Notes: generated by a model from the letters alone, not told the origin. DNA of 64,000 nt from Eutreptiella sp. 'Long Island Sound 2002' (GCA_964036045.1 OZ038378.1:177568001-177632000); one strand, 5' to 3'; shown: positions 23,646 through 36,083, numbered from the stretch's first letter. A program made the numbers and translations.

Positions 23646-23946
23646 AAGTCCCCCCCCCCCCCTCTCTCTCTCTCTGACGGCTCTGGGGCCCAAAGAGGCA
23701 AAAGGGGATTTGCAGTCTTCAAGGCTGCCCTTCGCGGTGCCGTTGGGTCGAGGTCAGTGCCCGCCACACAAACACATGGGGTACTGCTCCGTGGCCACCA
23801 ATCCCCAAACATAGAGCAGCGGCCCTGGGGACCCCCTGACGCCCCCAGGTTCGGTACTACGCTTATGGGACCAGGTTTGCATGGGAACTAGCGGTCTGGG
23901 CCCACTGCCCAGCCCCCTCGCAATGCGCTGCATGCCACAAGGGCTG

Positions 23947-24453
23947 CTACCACAAAGCCTTGACGACCAAGGCCAAGACCATCAGAATGATCAACACCAT
24001 AAGGCACATCACAATCAGCACGAATTTGCTCTTCTTGGCCATATTGGCCGTCTTCATGAGCTCTCTGTTCGCCTTCTGGAACTGCGCCTTCGTCTCCTCG
24101 ACGTTGTGGTCGATGCGGTCCAACAGAGTCCCCTGATCGATCACCAGCTGGTTCAGGTCCTTGAACATCGTGTGCAGGTCCACAATGTTGGTGTAGATGT
24201 TCTGCAGCTCTACGTCCCGCTCCGCCACCATTTGTTCATTGACCATCAGCGCGTCGATCTGCTCTTGGCTGAACCCCTGGTCCACGTACTGCCGCAGCAT
24301 CTCCTCCCGGCGTTCGTACGCCTCATCCTCTGCAGTCCGCCCGGTCACGAGCTTCCGGGTCCGATCCTTCTGTCTCTTCACTTCCATCGCGTACTTTCTG
24401 TGCTGCTCTTGGAACTTGTTCGACGTCTCGCTCAGTTGTGTCACCAGAGAGAT
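23947..24453 (-). CDS. STX16: Syntaxin-16/Tlg2-type Qa-SNARE, exon 2 (SNARE motif and C-terminal TM helix)
   Basis: ERDVELQNIYTNIVDLHTMFKDLNQLVIDQGTLLDRIDHNVE is a classic Qa-SNARE motif, followed by the hydrophobic tail FVLIVMCLMVLIILMVLALVV. Acceptor ctgtgcag|ATC, phase 0. Confidence 0.93.
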   Translation of the reverse strand: MSLVTQLSETSNKFQEQHRKYAMEVKRQKDRTRKLVTGRTAEDEAYERREEMLRQYVDQGFSQEQIDALMVNEQMVAERDVELQNIYTNIVDLHTMFKDLNQLVIDQGTLLDRIDHNVEETKAQFQKANRELMKTANMAKKSKFVLIVMCLMVLIILMVLALVVKALW

Positions 24454-26135
24454 CTGCACAGTGTTCGGCATGGCATGACACACCGCACACTGTGCACGAG
24501 AGTATCTCGGTGGAACGAGGGCGTGGGGTGTATGGCCACCCCCGAAGGAACTCTGGGCTGTTGCACGTGTGCAGAGGCAGTCAGCACAAAGCTCAGAAAG
24601 AAGATTGGCTCGTCAGTGGCCGACAAGACCATAGGCCCCTTTTTGTCACAAAGAATGCAACACGAAGATGCCAGTGGACAGGCCACCGACGAGGCAAAAG
24701 GCGGTAGTGAGGCAGCGGTACGTACCAGACCACCGCCATGCAGCGCCCACCGGATCTGACTGCCAATTGGCTACTGAGTTCACAGAAAAACAGGTGCACC
24801 TCCCCCCCAGACCCTCCGCCCCCCCCCCCCCCGCTAACAAGAACACGCGTCACCAAAAGACCGCGCGCGCAAATTCTCTTCACTTGCGGGCACTTTGAGC
24901 AAATTGGGCATGATCGGCGGGTTGTCCTGCCTCTGAAAGGCTCAAAAATGATGTTTCACTTGTTCATCCCGACCCGGAACACGCGCACCTTCTTGTTTGG
25001 GTGCCCGGGGGGTGTGGGGGGCCTATGGAAATGACACCCGATCCCTAGATCCTGCGGTGCCGGATCCGCACGGAGGCGCAACGGCGATCAGGTTCACAAA
25101 CCGAGGGCAGGATCAATCGGAGAAAGGAAGACCCTCCTCTGGCCCTGGCCCACCGGTGGATTTCCTGTCCCCTCGTCCACAGCCATGTGAGGCATTCGGC
25201 TGTCCATACCGCCGCGTAGCCCACTTGGGCAGTGCTGGCCCTGGCCCCGTGGTGTTCGCTTGGCTGACCAGTGGTGCGGCGCCCACACGCCCTCGCCTCG
25301 TATCCTCCCGCCACTCGCCCACACACCAGCTTGACTGGCACTGTCTCATATAGGCGCCTGGCGTTTGTTTGCACCTTTTGTCTGACGCCCAGCCATGGCT
25401 CTGCCATTTCGATTGCGTGTGTGTGGCACAAACACCGGCATGCAAGCCTGCCACCGACCCCTGACTGGTATTGAGTATCGGGTTGGGACCAAGCTGTTGG
25501 GGAAAGGATCCTGCACAATGCACATGATGCACATTGCAGATTGTGCACTTTGTGCAGTGCACCACCATGGGACACACACATGTGATACACACACGTGCAC
25601 GTGTGGCATGGTGTGCAATGCCCAGCACACAATCCGCATGCCGGAAAAAAACCGACTTCATGGTCTTGCGGCTATACATCTGGTGCATTTGGTGCTAAGG
25701 AGGGAGACCACTTGGACTTCTTTTGGGGGTTGGTATTTTGGTCAACTCTACACCCATTTAGGAGGAAATCGTTGTTAAACAACAACCAACCAGCCAAAAA
25801 CGACCATCCACCTACAATACAGACTCTCAAGGTAGTCAAAGAGGGACCAAAATCACGTAATTGTTGATGACACAGTCCTATGTCCATGTAGGACCCGGGG
25901 CTGCACAATCGGAGCCTCGGGTACCGACCAGCGGGGGCTGCACGATGATCATGTCGATACTCAGATGCCCTGCAAGCCAAGCCACAACACACCCCAGGAC
26001 GCCACACACACACAATGGACAGGCACAAGCACGCACACGCACAGCCACCTATGGCCTCACTCCACAACACGCACACCACGCACAACCCACAGCACCAGCG
26101 CCAAAGCCTACGACACTTGCTTGAGTGCACAGGAC

Positions 26136-26555
26136 CTGCACATTGTTCAGCAGCTTCTGCTCATCCGGAGGCCGCTGCCGAAGGTCGCCCTCTTTGGCGA
26201 TGAGCCGCCGGATCAATACGTCCCCCTGACGGAACAGCTGCTTGACCTCGTCGGTCTTGAGCTGAATTTCCCTCTCCTCCGCCTCCTCGTCCTTCCCAAA
26301 TCGCGGCTTCAAGTGCTGATTCTGCAGCTCCCGCAGGACCGTGAGCTGCTCTTGGATGGTGGCATCAATCTCTCTCACGCTCTCAACCGTCTCGACCCAG
26401 GCCGGGGGTGTGCCCTCGCTGACCGAGAGCGTCAGGTGTAAACTCTGCTCGTCCAGGGAATCTACGGCGCGGGTGTGCTCAGGGGCCAACCGGGTGCTGC
26501 CCGGCCGCTTGCGGCGCAAGTCGAGGAATATCGCTGTCAGATTACGTGTCGCCAT
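26136..26555 (-). CDS. STX16: Syntaxin-16/Tlg2-type, exon 1 (N-peptide and Habc); spliced product 308 aa
   Basis: MATRNLTAIFLDLR resembles the Stx16/Tlg2 N-peptide; PPAWV and HLKPRFG motifs present; donor CAG|gtcctg joins in frame to exon 2 (NNVQ|ISLVTQ). Confidence 0.92.
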
Positions 26556-26557
26556 GG

Positions 26558-26620
26558 GGCTGCGGAAACGAAGGCGCGGGTGCAAGAGGCCCTGAACACA
26601 AAGTATGAGGTACAAGGGGG
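26558..26620 (-). promoter_or_regulatory. Candidate spliced-leader (or 5'-UTR intron) acceptor upstream of the STX16 ATG
   Basis: Pyrimidine-rich cccccttgtacctcatactttgtgttcag| at 26592 and ttcgtttccgcag| 4 nt before the ATG. SL trans-splicing is established for Euglenozoa; which AG is used is unknown. Confidence 0.4.
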
Positions 26621-27500
26621 TTACATGGAAAAACCCCATATTTTCCTGGTTGCAGATGTCGTTGCACAACAGGCAATGGCAGGCATCAAAAGATGGAACT
26701 GCACCAGTGTAGACCCAGTGTGTTGGGTATGTGGAAAATGCAGGGCACATTGCGATCGCGACTTTGGGAAGGGACTTTCACCCATTCTGTCACACTGGAC
26801 CTGGTACGGGCAGGTGCTACGTAGCATTTTGCCCAAGTACAGGCCTCCCGACTATGCATTGCATTGGGTGACACCTGTAACTCACAGTGGCCTTGATGGA
26901 TGTTGGAGGGCTCTTGTACAGCAGCATCGCTTCACGAAGAGGCGCGCTGTTGCATGGGTGCAGACCCATGTAAATCCTTGCAGGGTTGCCTCACACAGTG
27001 TTGCACCACAAGACATCGCAGGGCAAGGGGGTGAAAAACCATCACTCCGCTGTGAACAGAGCGCAGCAATTCTATTTGTTTCGACAAAGGCCTGGGGTCC
27101 CCTCATTGTAGAGCTGAACGCTGAAGGTCTCTTGCAACATGTCGTGGAAGGGGGACACACATGGGCGCAAAATTTTGATTGGTGGTGCGACTGTTTGTAC
27201 AAAAGTGCAACCATTGCCAAAAAGGAGGGGCTCTTAGGAGCCCAAGAAATTGACACCCTAAAAAAAGTGCTACCCCAAATGGCAGTGCATCACAAAACGT
27301 GCCAATTGGGGCAACGTCTGTGGGTGCACCTTTGGGTTGACCACATGCTTGGGTTTGCTAAGCAGTGGCATGCCCTTGGTGCTTTTGCTTCAAGGCAGAA
27401 GAAAGGAACATAACTCTGAAAACCGAGATTCGGTTTAGGAGCTTCAAGGGGGGGGCAAGGAAAGTAAAAAAGGGGGGTACAGGGACGCAGAGGTAGACTG
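26620..27500 (+). pseudogene. C-terminal half of a DDE transposase of the CACTA/Transib/RAG1-related group, with a 1-nt frameshift near the catalytic Glu
   Basis: Ordered motifs FLVAD(26655)-x8-G, CWVC(26721), PDYALH(26850), HLWVDH(27327-27344), LGAFA, then EE in the shifted frame (27398-27403). Confidence 0.6.
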
Positions 27501-27837
27501 GTGAGGCAAGGTTTCGTGAAAGGGTGGAGGGAAGTTGTAAAAATGATAAGCTGGATGGGGGCTTGTTAAAGAGGGGGTGGGATGTATGGGTGCGTGCATG
27601 GACACAACAACCACACGTGAAGGAACACGAAACGTATTGGAAGGCCAATGCGCCTTAGCAGTCTGTATGGTGTTTCAGCTCTTGTGTATGATATTTGATT
27701 TGGGATCCGATTGAAATGCTTTGGGCAAGTATACTTCGTCTTCAATGCACTGTGCATTCAACATGCTGTTCTGGTGCAGTACTGCTTTACGTGATGCTCT
27801 TTGCAAGATTGGGGTGGTTCAGATTCCTGCAACGTTC

Positions 27838-27910
27838 GTCTGTGGATGAGTGGTTATGGGCGTAGACTCCGGCGGCAGGGCTCCTTGGTTCAAACCCTGG
27901 GCGGGCCAAC
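27838..27910 (+). ncRNA. tRNA-derived (SINE-head-like or pseudo-tRNA) sequence
   Basis: A-box-like TGGATGAGTGG and B-box GGTTCAAACC at tRNA spacing, a weak G:U-rich acceptor stem and no anticodon stem. Confidence 0.45.
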
Positions 27911-28492
27911 TCCAACAATAGCTCCAGCCCAGCACCAGCCACCTCGTCGTCGAACAGCCTCCGGCACAGGGATGGTGGCTCCAACAAGACCAGCCCAGCC
28001 CACGCTGGGACAGCCACAACAGACCAGCCCTCGGTAGGCGTTATTGCCAAAAAAACCAAGGGCAGCTGGAGAACGTTAGAACAGGCTTTCACTGTTGATT
28101 GCTTTGATGATATTGTTTTGTTTGTGCCTCTGCTTGCTCCTGCTGCTTCTTTGATGTAGTTCAGGTTCTCCAAATAAATGTGTTTTGATGATATCAACCA
28201 GAACAATAAGTACCCACATTGCAAGCAAGGGACCACAGGATCGCTTCCACAACATGAAGGGCTGCAGTCAAAGGAGATAGTGTAGCAACAAAGGAAACTC
28301 ACAATAACTACAGATTTATGAAAAGATAGTTAGAAAATATCCTACAATCATGGGAAAACTGCCCACATGGGAATCCTCTCTTTTATAGTGCCATCTAGAG
28401 ATGTGCCCTCTTTGTTTTGGGTCCCATAGGTGCTGAGGTGGCATGGCTTGTGGCGCTGACGTCACTGCCATGTCACATGGGATCTTCCTACT

Positions 28493-28580
28493 TAGCTAGG
28501 CTGACTGGGAATTGAACCCGGGACCTCTCAAAAAGAGGTGCCACAGCCCCCTAGGGTGCAGACCACTAGGATAGCTAGGC
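28493..28580 (-). ncRNA. tRNA-Pro-like derived segment between 9-bp direct repeats
   Basis: Minus-strand GAGAGGTCCCGGGTTCAATTCCCAGTCAGCC resembles the 3' half of eukaryotic tRNA-Pro, with an A-box-like CCTAGTGG. TAGCTAGGC occurs at 28493-28501 and 28572-28580. Confidence 0.5.
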
Positions 28581-29614
28581 ATTCATGAGAAAATATAGAA
28601 AAATGTATAGGCTCTAGATTAATGTCAGTGCCTCAGTCAGTCCAGGAAATGGTGTATAAGTCCAATCAGTTGGGGGGTCAGGGGTCCACCCGGCATCCAT
28701 AGTTCAATGCTTGGTTTTATAGGTCAAAATGTCTTGTCACCCCTTTTGGTTAGGCCAATACTAAGATGAAAATGTGCTATGCCTTTAGGACTCTCTATAA
28801 CAACTAAAGGTAACCTTTTGGCAGGGAAATACACTTTTTCTTACTCCCCCCTTGTGCTGTGGTGGCCACCACTGTCGCATTTTAAAGGAAAAAGGGAATT
28901 TTTCTTGGCCTCCCCATCGCTTCAACATCTTTTTGAAATTTCCTATAACACCCCTAACATCCGAAAGAAGGCGCTGCGTCAGGTCAGTTGCCAGTTTTTG
29001 CTCAGTCATAACAGACACCTACAGCTCCCACTGCGCTCATTGGCGTCGCCGGGGCAGCTGTGGCTTGGTAGGGGGTTAGTATGGGCATGCCAATTCATGT
29101 GTGCATACACCTCTCCCTCCAAATAGCAAAACGCAGTGCAATACGCAAACCCCAACGCAGGATACGATCAGGGCACGCTGTCTGGGGTCTCGTTGAACCT
29201 GCTGTCTGACCTGATCTGTCCTTAGTGCGAGGGGGTAGCGTTGAAAATTACTTTGCCCCCATGGGGGTCTGGGATTCAGGACAGTGGTCCAGGAGTCAGT
29301 TTTTCGGCCAGAACACGGCCTACTCCACTGTTTGCGCTCCAGCATATCTGCAGAGAAGGGACGAAGGGTTGAGGGACTGACAAAAGCGCAACGATCGACA
29401 CAAACACCAAAATCCGTCAAATGACGGCCTAGAATTTTTCTGAGGGCACACACCTGTCCAGAATATCCATGTGCATTAAAGGCACATTTTACGAAATTTT
29501 ATTTGATCACAGGAATTTATAAATTCCTGGATTTACACGCAGACAAAAGCGGCGCGCCGGAGCGCATCCTAATTGGGCGCCGGAAAAGATAGAAAAAATA
29601 TGATTATAACAGTA

Positions 29615-32520
29615 TGTCACGTAATAATAAGGAAATGATGAGACACACAATAATTAATAAACGTAGAGATTCCACGCATGCTTCTAGGAAAAATCAAGAA
29701 TGAAGAACTCGAAAAATCAAATATGAATTCAAAGAAAGAGGTATAAACATACAGGTTGTGTTTGCTTTGTATGCAGCATGCACATTGCTTGTCTCGTGAT
29801 TCTGAGATTTCGCCGTGTTGCAGCGCAAACATAGAGTAGAGGGATTGATTAGAAGATTGCAAAATGATTAGAGGTGAGATTAGGACATACACACGCTTGC
29901 TTCGCTTGTGATTCGTTTTCTTCGCTCAGTTGCTCTCGCTCTGCAGCGGTAGGTAAGGTGAGTAAGCCCAGGAGGGGCCACCCCCTGGTTGAGTTCGTGA
30001 TTGAGAGTGGTATGGATTGTTGGAAAAGAAAGGGTTAAAATAGACGATTGCAAGATTCGTGCATACCCGTGCATGCATATGGCGCATTAAAGGGTAGGCC
30101 ACGCGTATTGCGCACGGTACAACCCTTGTTTAGGTTACCCAGGGGCTCCACCCCACATTCTATAAGAGAACGGGTGGAGTTCCTTAAGCTTGCTTGCTTG
30201 CAACTGGGTTTGGGAACAGCGTATTGTAGGTCAGCCTAAGAAGCGTGTAATACGTGGAGGCTGGCTTGGTTCCTCAGTCTCAAACCCAGTTCATCAACCT
30301 CTGCTTTACAGGTGGGCCGGTAAGGGTGAATTGGTGCAGCAGCAGTTGCCTTCGGCGACTTTGGATTTTTCTGTCCACGCTAAAACGGGCGCTGATCACA
30401 CAATCAACAAACTGTACCTCAGCCGTGAGTGGCGACATACACGCTGTGCACGCAAACAGAGCACTCCTTCCCTCCAAGCCCTGACAGGGAAACGCGTAGT
30501 GGCGTCCATGTTAGGCCACAGTCGCTTAGTAGCGCTGTGTTCTCTTGTCCTTTCACAGGTGGGCCACTAGGTCCTGAGACATGTTCTTCAACGACGCCAA
30601 GTAGCGTGTGTGTGTAGGAGTGGTAGGCCTGGGTGAGGGCTTGAGCCCAGAGCCTGCTCATCCTTCGAAGGCTGGTGCCACTGTAGTGAGTGTAGGACCT
30701 GTAGTGTGTGTGTCACTGTCCCGCCTGTTTCCTGAAATTTTATCAGGGTTTTGGTGGGCAGTGGCAGTGGTAGTCTAGGTTTTGGCCGCTTAGCAAACAG
30801 GCGTTTTGATGCCTCATAGCTTTTGGCCACCCCTCCCCTGTAGTAGGCAGGCAGGTAAGAAAACCAATACCTTGGCGTTAACGCTGGGTATTCCCCAAGG
30901 GAGTCTGGTGCCAGCACAGAAATTGGGCACCTAGGGGCGGAGAGACCCGGAGCGTACCCCGTGGCACCGTGTAAAGACATCCGCCAGGTTCAGCAAGGGT
31001 GCAGAATTGGGTATAATTAGGACACCACTTCTGCAGCTTGCTCATAGGTCCTCAGGATCAGCACACTCACAAACACATAGGCAGGTATAGGAAGGGTTCA
31101 GTCCCTAGGCTCCTTCTGAGAGGCAAGCGTTTCAGCGAGCCTCAGCAACTCTCCTAGGTTGTTCTGGGACAAGTAAACTACCAGAACAGAATTCGGGCGT
31201 TCTTCAGGAAGCACAAAGGCAGAAAAGGGTTCCCAGGTAGCTTCTCCAACTCCAAACCCTTCCCAGAGGGTGAGAAAACGCCACCCTTGGCGATAGCGGT
31301 GTCGGATAACCGACTTCACCAGGTAGAAGCCTTCCTTAGCCATCTCCTCGGCATTCATGTCCGGGAGTTCTCCTTCAACTTCCATTGGGCTGGCAGCACC
31401 CTGTACGTCCAGAGCGGCGATCTCCTCGTCATTTAGTTCCCGTGCTTCCCCACAGAGGTCCTCTGGGTCGTAGTAGCGCTTGAGCTGTTGAGCAGCGCAC
31501 ACCAGGGTCCCCCCTAGTCGGGGAGAACACCGCACGGTGATGCGGTGACCATCCACTGACAGGATCTTGTAGGGCCCAGAGTAGGGGTCATTGCTGGTGG
31601 AGCGTGGCCAGGCGTGTAGCCGACTGTGGTGCACCAGCACCCAGTCTCCCTCTTGGTAGGAGGCAGGCACCCGATGCTTGTTCTTCTTGTTCCACTGGCG
31701 TTCTCTCACTCTCTGGAGCATAGCCTTGGCCTTGTCCACATTGTCTTGTTGTTCCTTCACCCACTTACCCACAGTGGAGTAGGAATCCTCAGGATAGGGA
31801 GCGTGTAGGAACCACGCCGAGCGTCCCATGAACAGCTCATGGGGCGAATAGCCAGTTGCCGAACTCTCTTGGGAGTTCATCATCAAGGATATGACGGGGA
31901 GTAGTCTCACCCAGTCTTTGGTGCGCTCAGTTTTGCACCATATCCTCACGTTCTCTTTGAGAACTCGAATCTGTCGCTCACATAGAGGGTTACTCGTATG
32001 AGTATAGGGAATCCCCGTTGACACCTGGACATTGAGGGACCTCAGGACTCTCTTGTACCAGCCAGTGTCGGAGCGTACTCGGACGTCCTCGTCTGAGTTA
32101 ATCTCTTTGGGTGCCCCATAGACACAGAACCACTCTTCCAGGAGTATCTTGATGGTCTCCTCGCCGGTGATGTGTTTAGTGCATGGGAACACCCTGGTAA
32201 ACCTGGTCAGCCCACAGGTTACCACTAGGACAAAGTCGTAACCCCCGAACTTAGGCATCTCCGTGTAGTCCACGTAGAGAACACTGTTGGCACAGTGGGG
32301 GATAGGGAGTGTCGAATAGAGACCTCTGTCCCTGATATCCCGGGAGGTGTCTGGTGAGGGACTGGGTGCGACTGCCCGGTGCCGACCCTTGCGCGCAGGC
32401 GATAGCAGCATCAACGCTGCGCCGACATGGGGAGTTGGTCAGGCTTCGTTGACACCTCAGATTCGCAAACCTCACATTCCTTTTGCTAAGCACGCGCCAT
32501 CGTCGTGCCGGTCGCCGGCG
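29615..32520 (-). mobile_element. Internally deleted chromoviral LTR retrotransposon (no RT/RH recognised); ends tentative
   Basis: Integrase ORF; purine tract GGAGGGAAGGAG followed by TG at 30475-30462; candidate terminal ...GTGACA at 29615. No matching 5' LTR was found. Confidence 0.5.
31098..32340 (-). CDS. Ty3/Gypsy-type integrase core with C-terminal chromodomain; N-terminal HHCC finger missing
   Basis: DDE residues in YVD(Y), NSD(E) and LCE(R); TGYSPHELFMGR; GPYKIL SH3-like motif; chromo-like FYLVKSVIRHR...FLTLWEGFGVGEATWEPFSAF. Confidence 0.9.
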
Positions 32521-35500
32521 CGCGGGGCCGGCGTAGGGCGGGCACCCCTGAAAATGCACAGTGATAGTGTACTGACAGCGACGGGGGCGGGGGGGGGGGA
32601 GTCCCCAGTCATGCCTGCGTGCATGATGGCCCCATCGCCGCTCATCATTTGGGGTTACACATGTTGTGGCAAAAATGGGGGCTAGAGCATCAGAATTTTC
32701 CTTCCAGCACCTGAATTTTCCTTCCAGCACCTGCAGACCACCACATTGACGGAACAACTCACATCAACACAAGTTCAACCGCGCAGCCTCGGTGCCTGAC
32801 ATGCCTCATTACCCCATTCCGAAGGATTGTTTGTGGTGGTGAGGAGGGGGGGAGGGCAGGCTTTGGTTGCGCGTTGGCCCGGGCCTCAGTGGCCGTCTTG
32901 CGCTTTGCCTCTGGTGGTGCTTTGGACTCCGCCGTGCGTAGGATGATGCCGCTCCGTCTGAGTGCATTTTGTCGTTGTCGGGTCACAAAAGGCCGCCGAT
33001 TCAGCAGGGGCTGGTCGTTGCATGAGAGCGCGGGGTATACCAAGGGGGGTATGGCGGTGTGCTGTCCAGGAAAACGGACTGTACATGCGTGGCCGGAAGG
33101 GGCTTGGGCAGAGCATCTTTGGCAGCCGGGAGATGCCTCCTGAGGAAAGAAGTATCCCGTAAGCATTAGCCAGGTCACTGGTCTGCGTGGACGGACCAAT
33201 CGGGTGTTGTTGTTGCCTGGTATCTTGTCGCCAGCGCGGAATACGCCATCACCCTCCATACATCTGCAGCGTGTGCAGTCTTGATCAAATGCCTTCCCTC
33301 ATTGACTTGTCTGCCCCATCGCGACTTCTCACAAAAGACTGGCTTTGAGTGGCTGGAGTTTGACGGGTACTGGAGGGGGGGAAATTCCGTGTCAAGGAAA
33401 AGATGAATCTTAAAATTCTGGCACGACAAAACCTGTGCTATTTCTGAAAATTGAGTGAACAAATTACAGGGGGGGGGGAAATTTAGTATGGGAAAATTTT
33501 TGCCCGGAAAAATTCCGCCGGGGAAAAATTCCGCCACAATCGTTAAAAGTGATGGGAAAAATTGCGCCACCCTTTTCCATGGTGAAGGGCAAGGCCTAAG
33601 GTCGGCTCTCCTTATTGAGGGGGACACCACTTGAGGAAAAGCTGTGATGAGGGTCTAGTTTGCTCAGGTTGTGTGTGTGCTGCGCTTGCTTGGCCTTGAC
33701 AGCTTGTGCAGCCCTCTCCAGGTCTCGCTGAACATCAGCTGACCGCACCAAAGAGGAGTTCACCAAAAAACGTTGCATTGCAGGCTGTCAAGGCAGAGGT
33801 ACAGGTGCAGGGTTCGGTCTGGAAAAAGATGTGCAACAGAATGTGGACCTCTTCATCCAGGTACTGGGCTGCAGCTGCCACTGCCGAACAGCGACCTACA
33901 GAGAACACAGTGTCAGTTGACACTGCGCTCACTATTAACTGGCAACTACATGTGGTAGGCAGCCTGAAGTGCCCTGAAGGATAGAACCCTGACCATCCAT
34001 CCACGTGACGTATCTAATTCTGCACCCCCCTCCCCCGATCATCCCCCCCCCCCCCCCCAGCACAGGGTACAAATTTTGAACTTGATGTCCAAAAAAAAGT
34101 ATGGGAAAAATTCCGCCACAATCGTGAAAAGTGATGGGAAAAATTGCGCCAGAATTGGCCGTACGAAATTTTTCCAGACAGTTTTCTTCCCATACTAAGT
34201 TTCCCCCCCCCCCCCCGTATGCATGATTCCCGAAAATATCTCATGAGAAACTCTGGCTGCCTCAAAAAGGAAGGCACAGCTGAAGGAGGACGTCCGCTCC
34301 CGAAAACACAAAACACACTGCTCAACATAATGATCCGACGAACAGCGGCCATGTGTGGACAGCACAAGGAGCATGCAGGACTTCTGCGACTTCAATGGGA
34401 GACTAATTATCATTCGCCAAACCATCTGGAATGGTACAATTGAGCAAAGGCACAGCCTAAAGTATACCCGTGCAAACCCTGAAAAACACCGAAAAAATTG
34501 GGCACAGAGTTTGAATTGCAGAAATTCTAGCCTGTATAAAGCCCGGGACTGTGTGGGCTTGCCCATTGATTCCCAAGGCCGTGCCTCTGCGGTGTTGGTG
34601 ACGGCTCTGTGCCAGTTCTGCGGGAGGTCTGCGGATAGTCGCTGGACGGGGGACCCGTGCTTACACAGGGCCGTGCTTGGGCAGATGGGGTGCGGAGCAC
34701 TGCACGCCAGAACACCCCATTCCCAACAAAAGGACAAATGGCACTGAATTCCTCTGGATCGATGGCATCGATGACGAAGCGTTAAACGTGCGTGCCTTAC
34801 CAGTACGAAGAGCGCTGCAGCACAGGAGGATCTATGCTGCGTCAGAGATCCACTCCATTCCAGTCTACAGTCGCCTTTTCAGATTTGGATTGGGCAGTGA
34901 AACAGAAATGGAGAGGAAGGTGCAGTTGGACTGTGCACATGGCCCGCGGGTAACGGTGGGTAACTCAACTGAGTCCGGTTGTGTGAGGGCATGCAACAAG
35001 GAGTGCCAAGGTGATGGTGCTATATCAGGGTCCGAGGGAGGATACCATTTTGCTGCATAAACACTCTCGTTTCCTGAATGCCAAAAAAAGGGTCGCAGGG
35101 AATCGTCCGGCGATGGGTTCGCCGGCCGGACAACCGACGGCATGTCGTGTGGCGGTGTATCGTGTGATGGTTTGGTACGTGATGGTTCGCTGTGTAGTAC
35201 AGAAGAGCGGGGGGATGGTATGCCATGTGGGTGACTTGCCCCGCGGATGGCCTGCAACATCAATCCTGTGGGTATGCGAGTGGGCGCAGCGCTGTCGTGA
35301 GGCGTGTGCTGCAGCCCGACGTGGCATACGACACAGACTGAACTCACTGGTTCGGTCTCACATCTTTTTCCAATGGACTGGAGAAGAAAAGGCTTCAAGG
35401 GACAAAGTCCACGAGATATCACTCACAGATCTGCGTCGGGCCATACGAATCACGGCGTTTCTTTACGGCGGTTCGTCGGGGCAGCAGAAGAAAACCCCTC

Positions 35501-36083
35501 GAGACTTGATGGGGACAATCGGGAAAAGTAGAAGGTGCTGCCTTCCGCTACGCCTGGACCTCTAGCCAAGCGTATACGGCGTGGTAACTGCCAGAGACCT
35601 GCCGACCGCCGGCGGTGACACCATCCGTCATAACCTCCGCCTGTGAACAGTCCTCAGCTCCTGTGTTGACTGACCAGCAGCCACCAACTCATTGCCGATG
35701 GACGGCAGTTGATGAGGCATCAGACAAACTTCGAATGAACCGATGGCAGGCGATGGGTACCGAATCATGGACCTCTGAGGGAAAAGGGGGGGGGGGGTTC
35801 CGAAAAGGCACCTTTCGCTCGAAAGCGTGTGCCCGGGGCTACAGCCTCCCGGTGGTGCAACTGCCTGCGGGTTTCCCCGCGGTAAGGCCTGAGTGGGAGC
35901 TTCTGGGAAAGGGTTTGGGCTCTGCCACATCCTTCGCCACAAAAGCATAGGGTGGGGAGATCGGGTCCGATAAACCCACAGACCCGTGGCGTTCTTGAGG
36001 AGGCGGACGGACATACAGAAGGGGATAGGGGTGCGGGAGCATACGTTTCGAGAGATGTCAGCCGCTATGGGGACCCACGCGCC

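Noticed and set aside
27725-27754. Complete RSS (heptamer, 12-bp spacer, nonamer)
   Set aside because: The heptamer is present but the nonamer position reads AGTATACTT, and the heptamer sits inside a palindrome. It is kept only as a possible terminus.
34700-35565. Plus-strand protein-like patches (VLYQGPREDTILLH; EISLTDLRRAIRITAF)
   Set aside because: No consistent splice sites or recognisable family; it cannot be supported as a gene.
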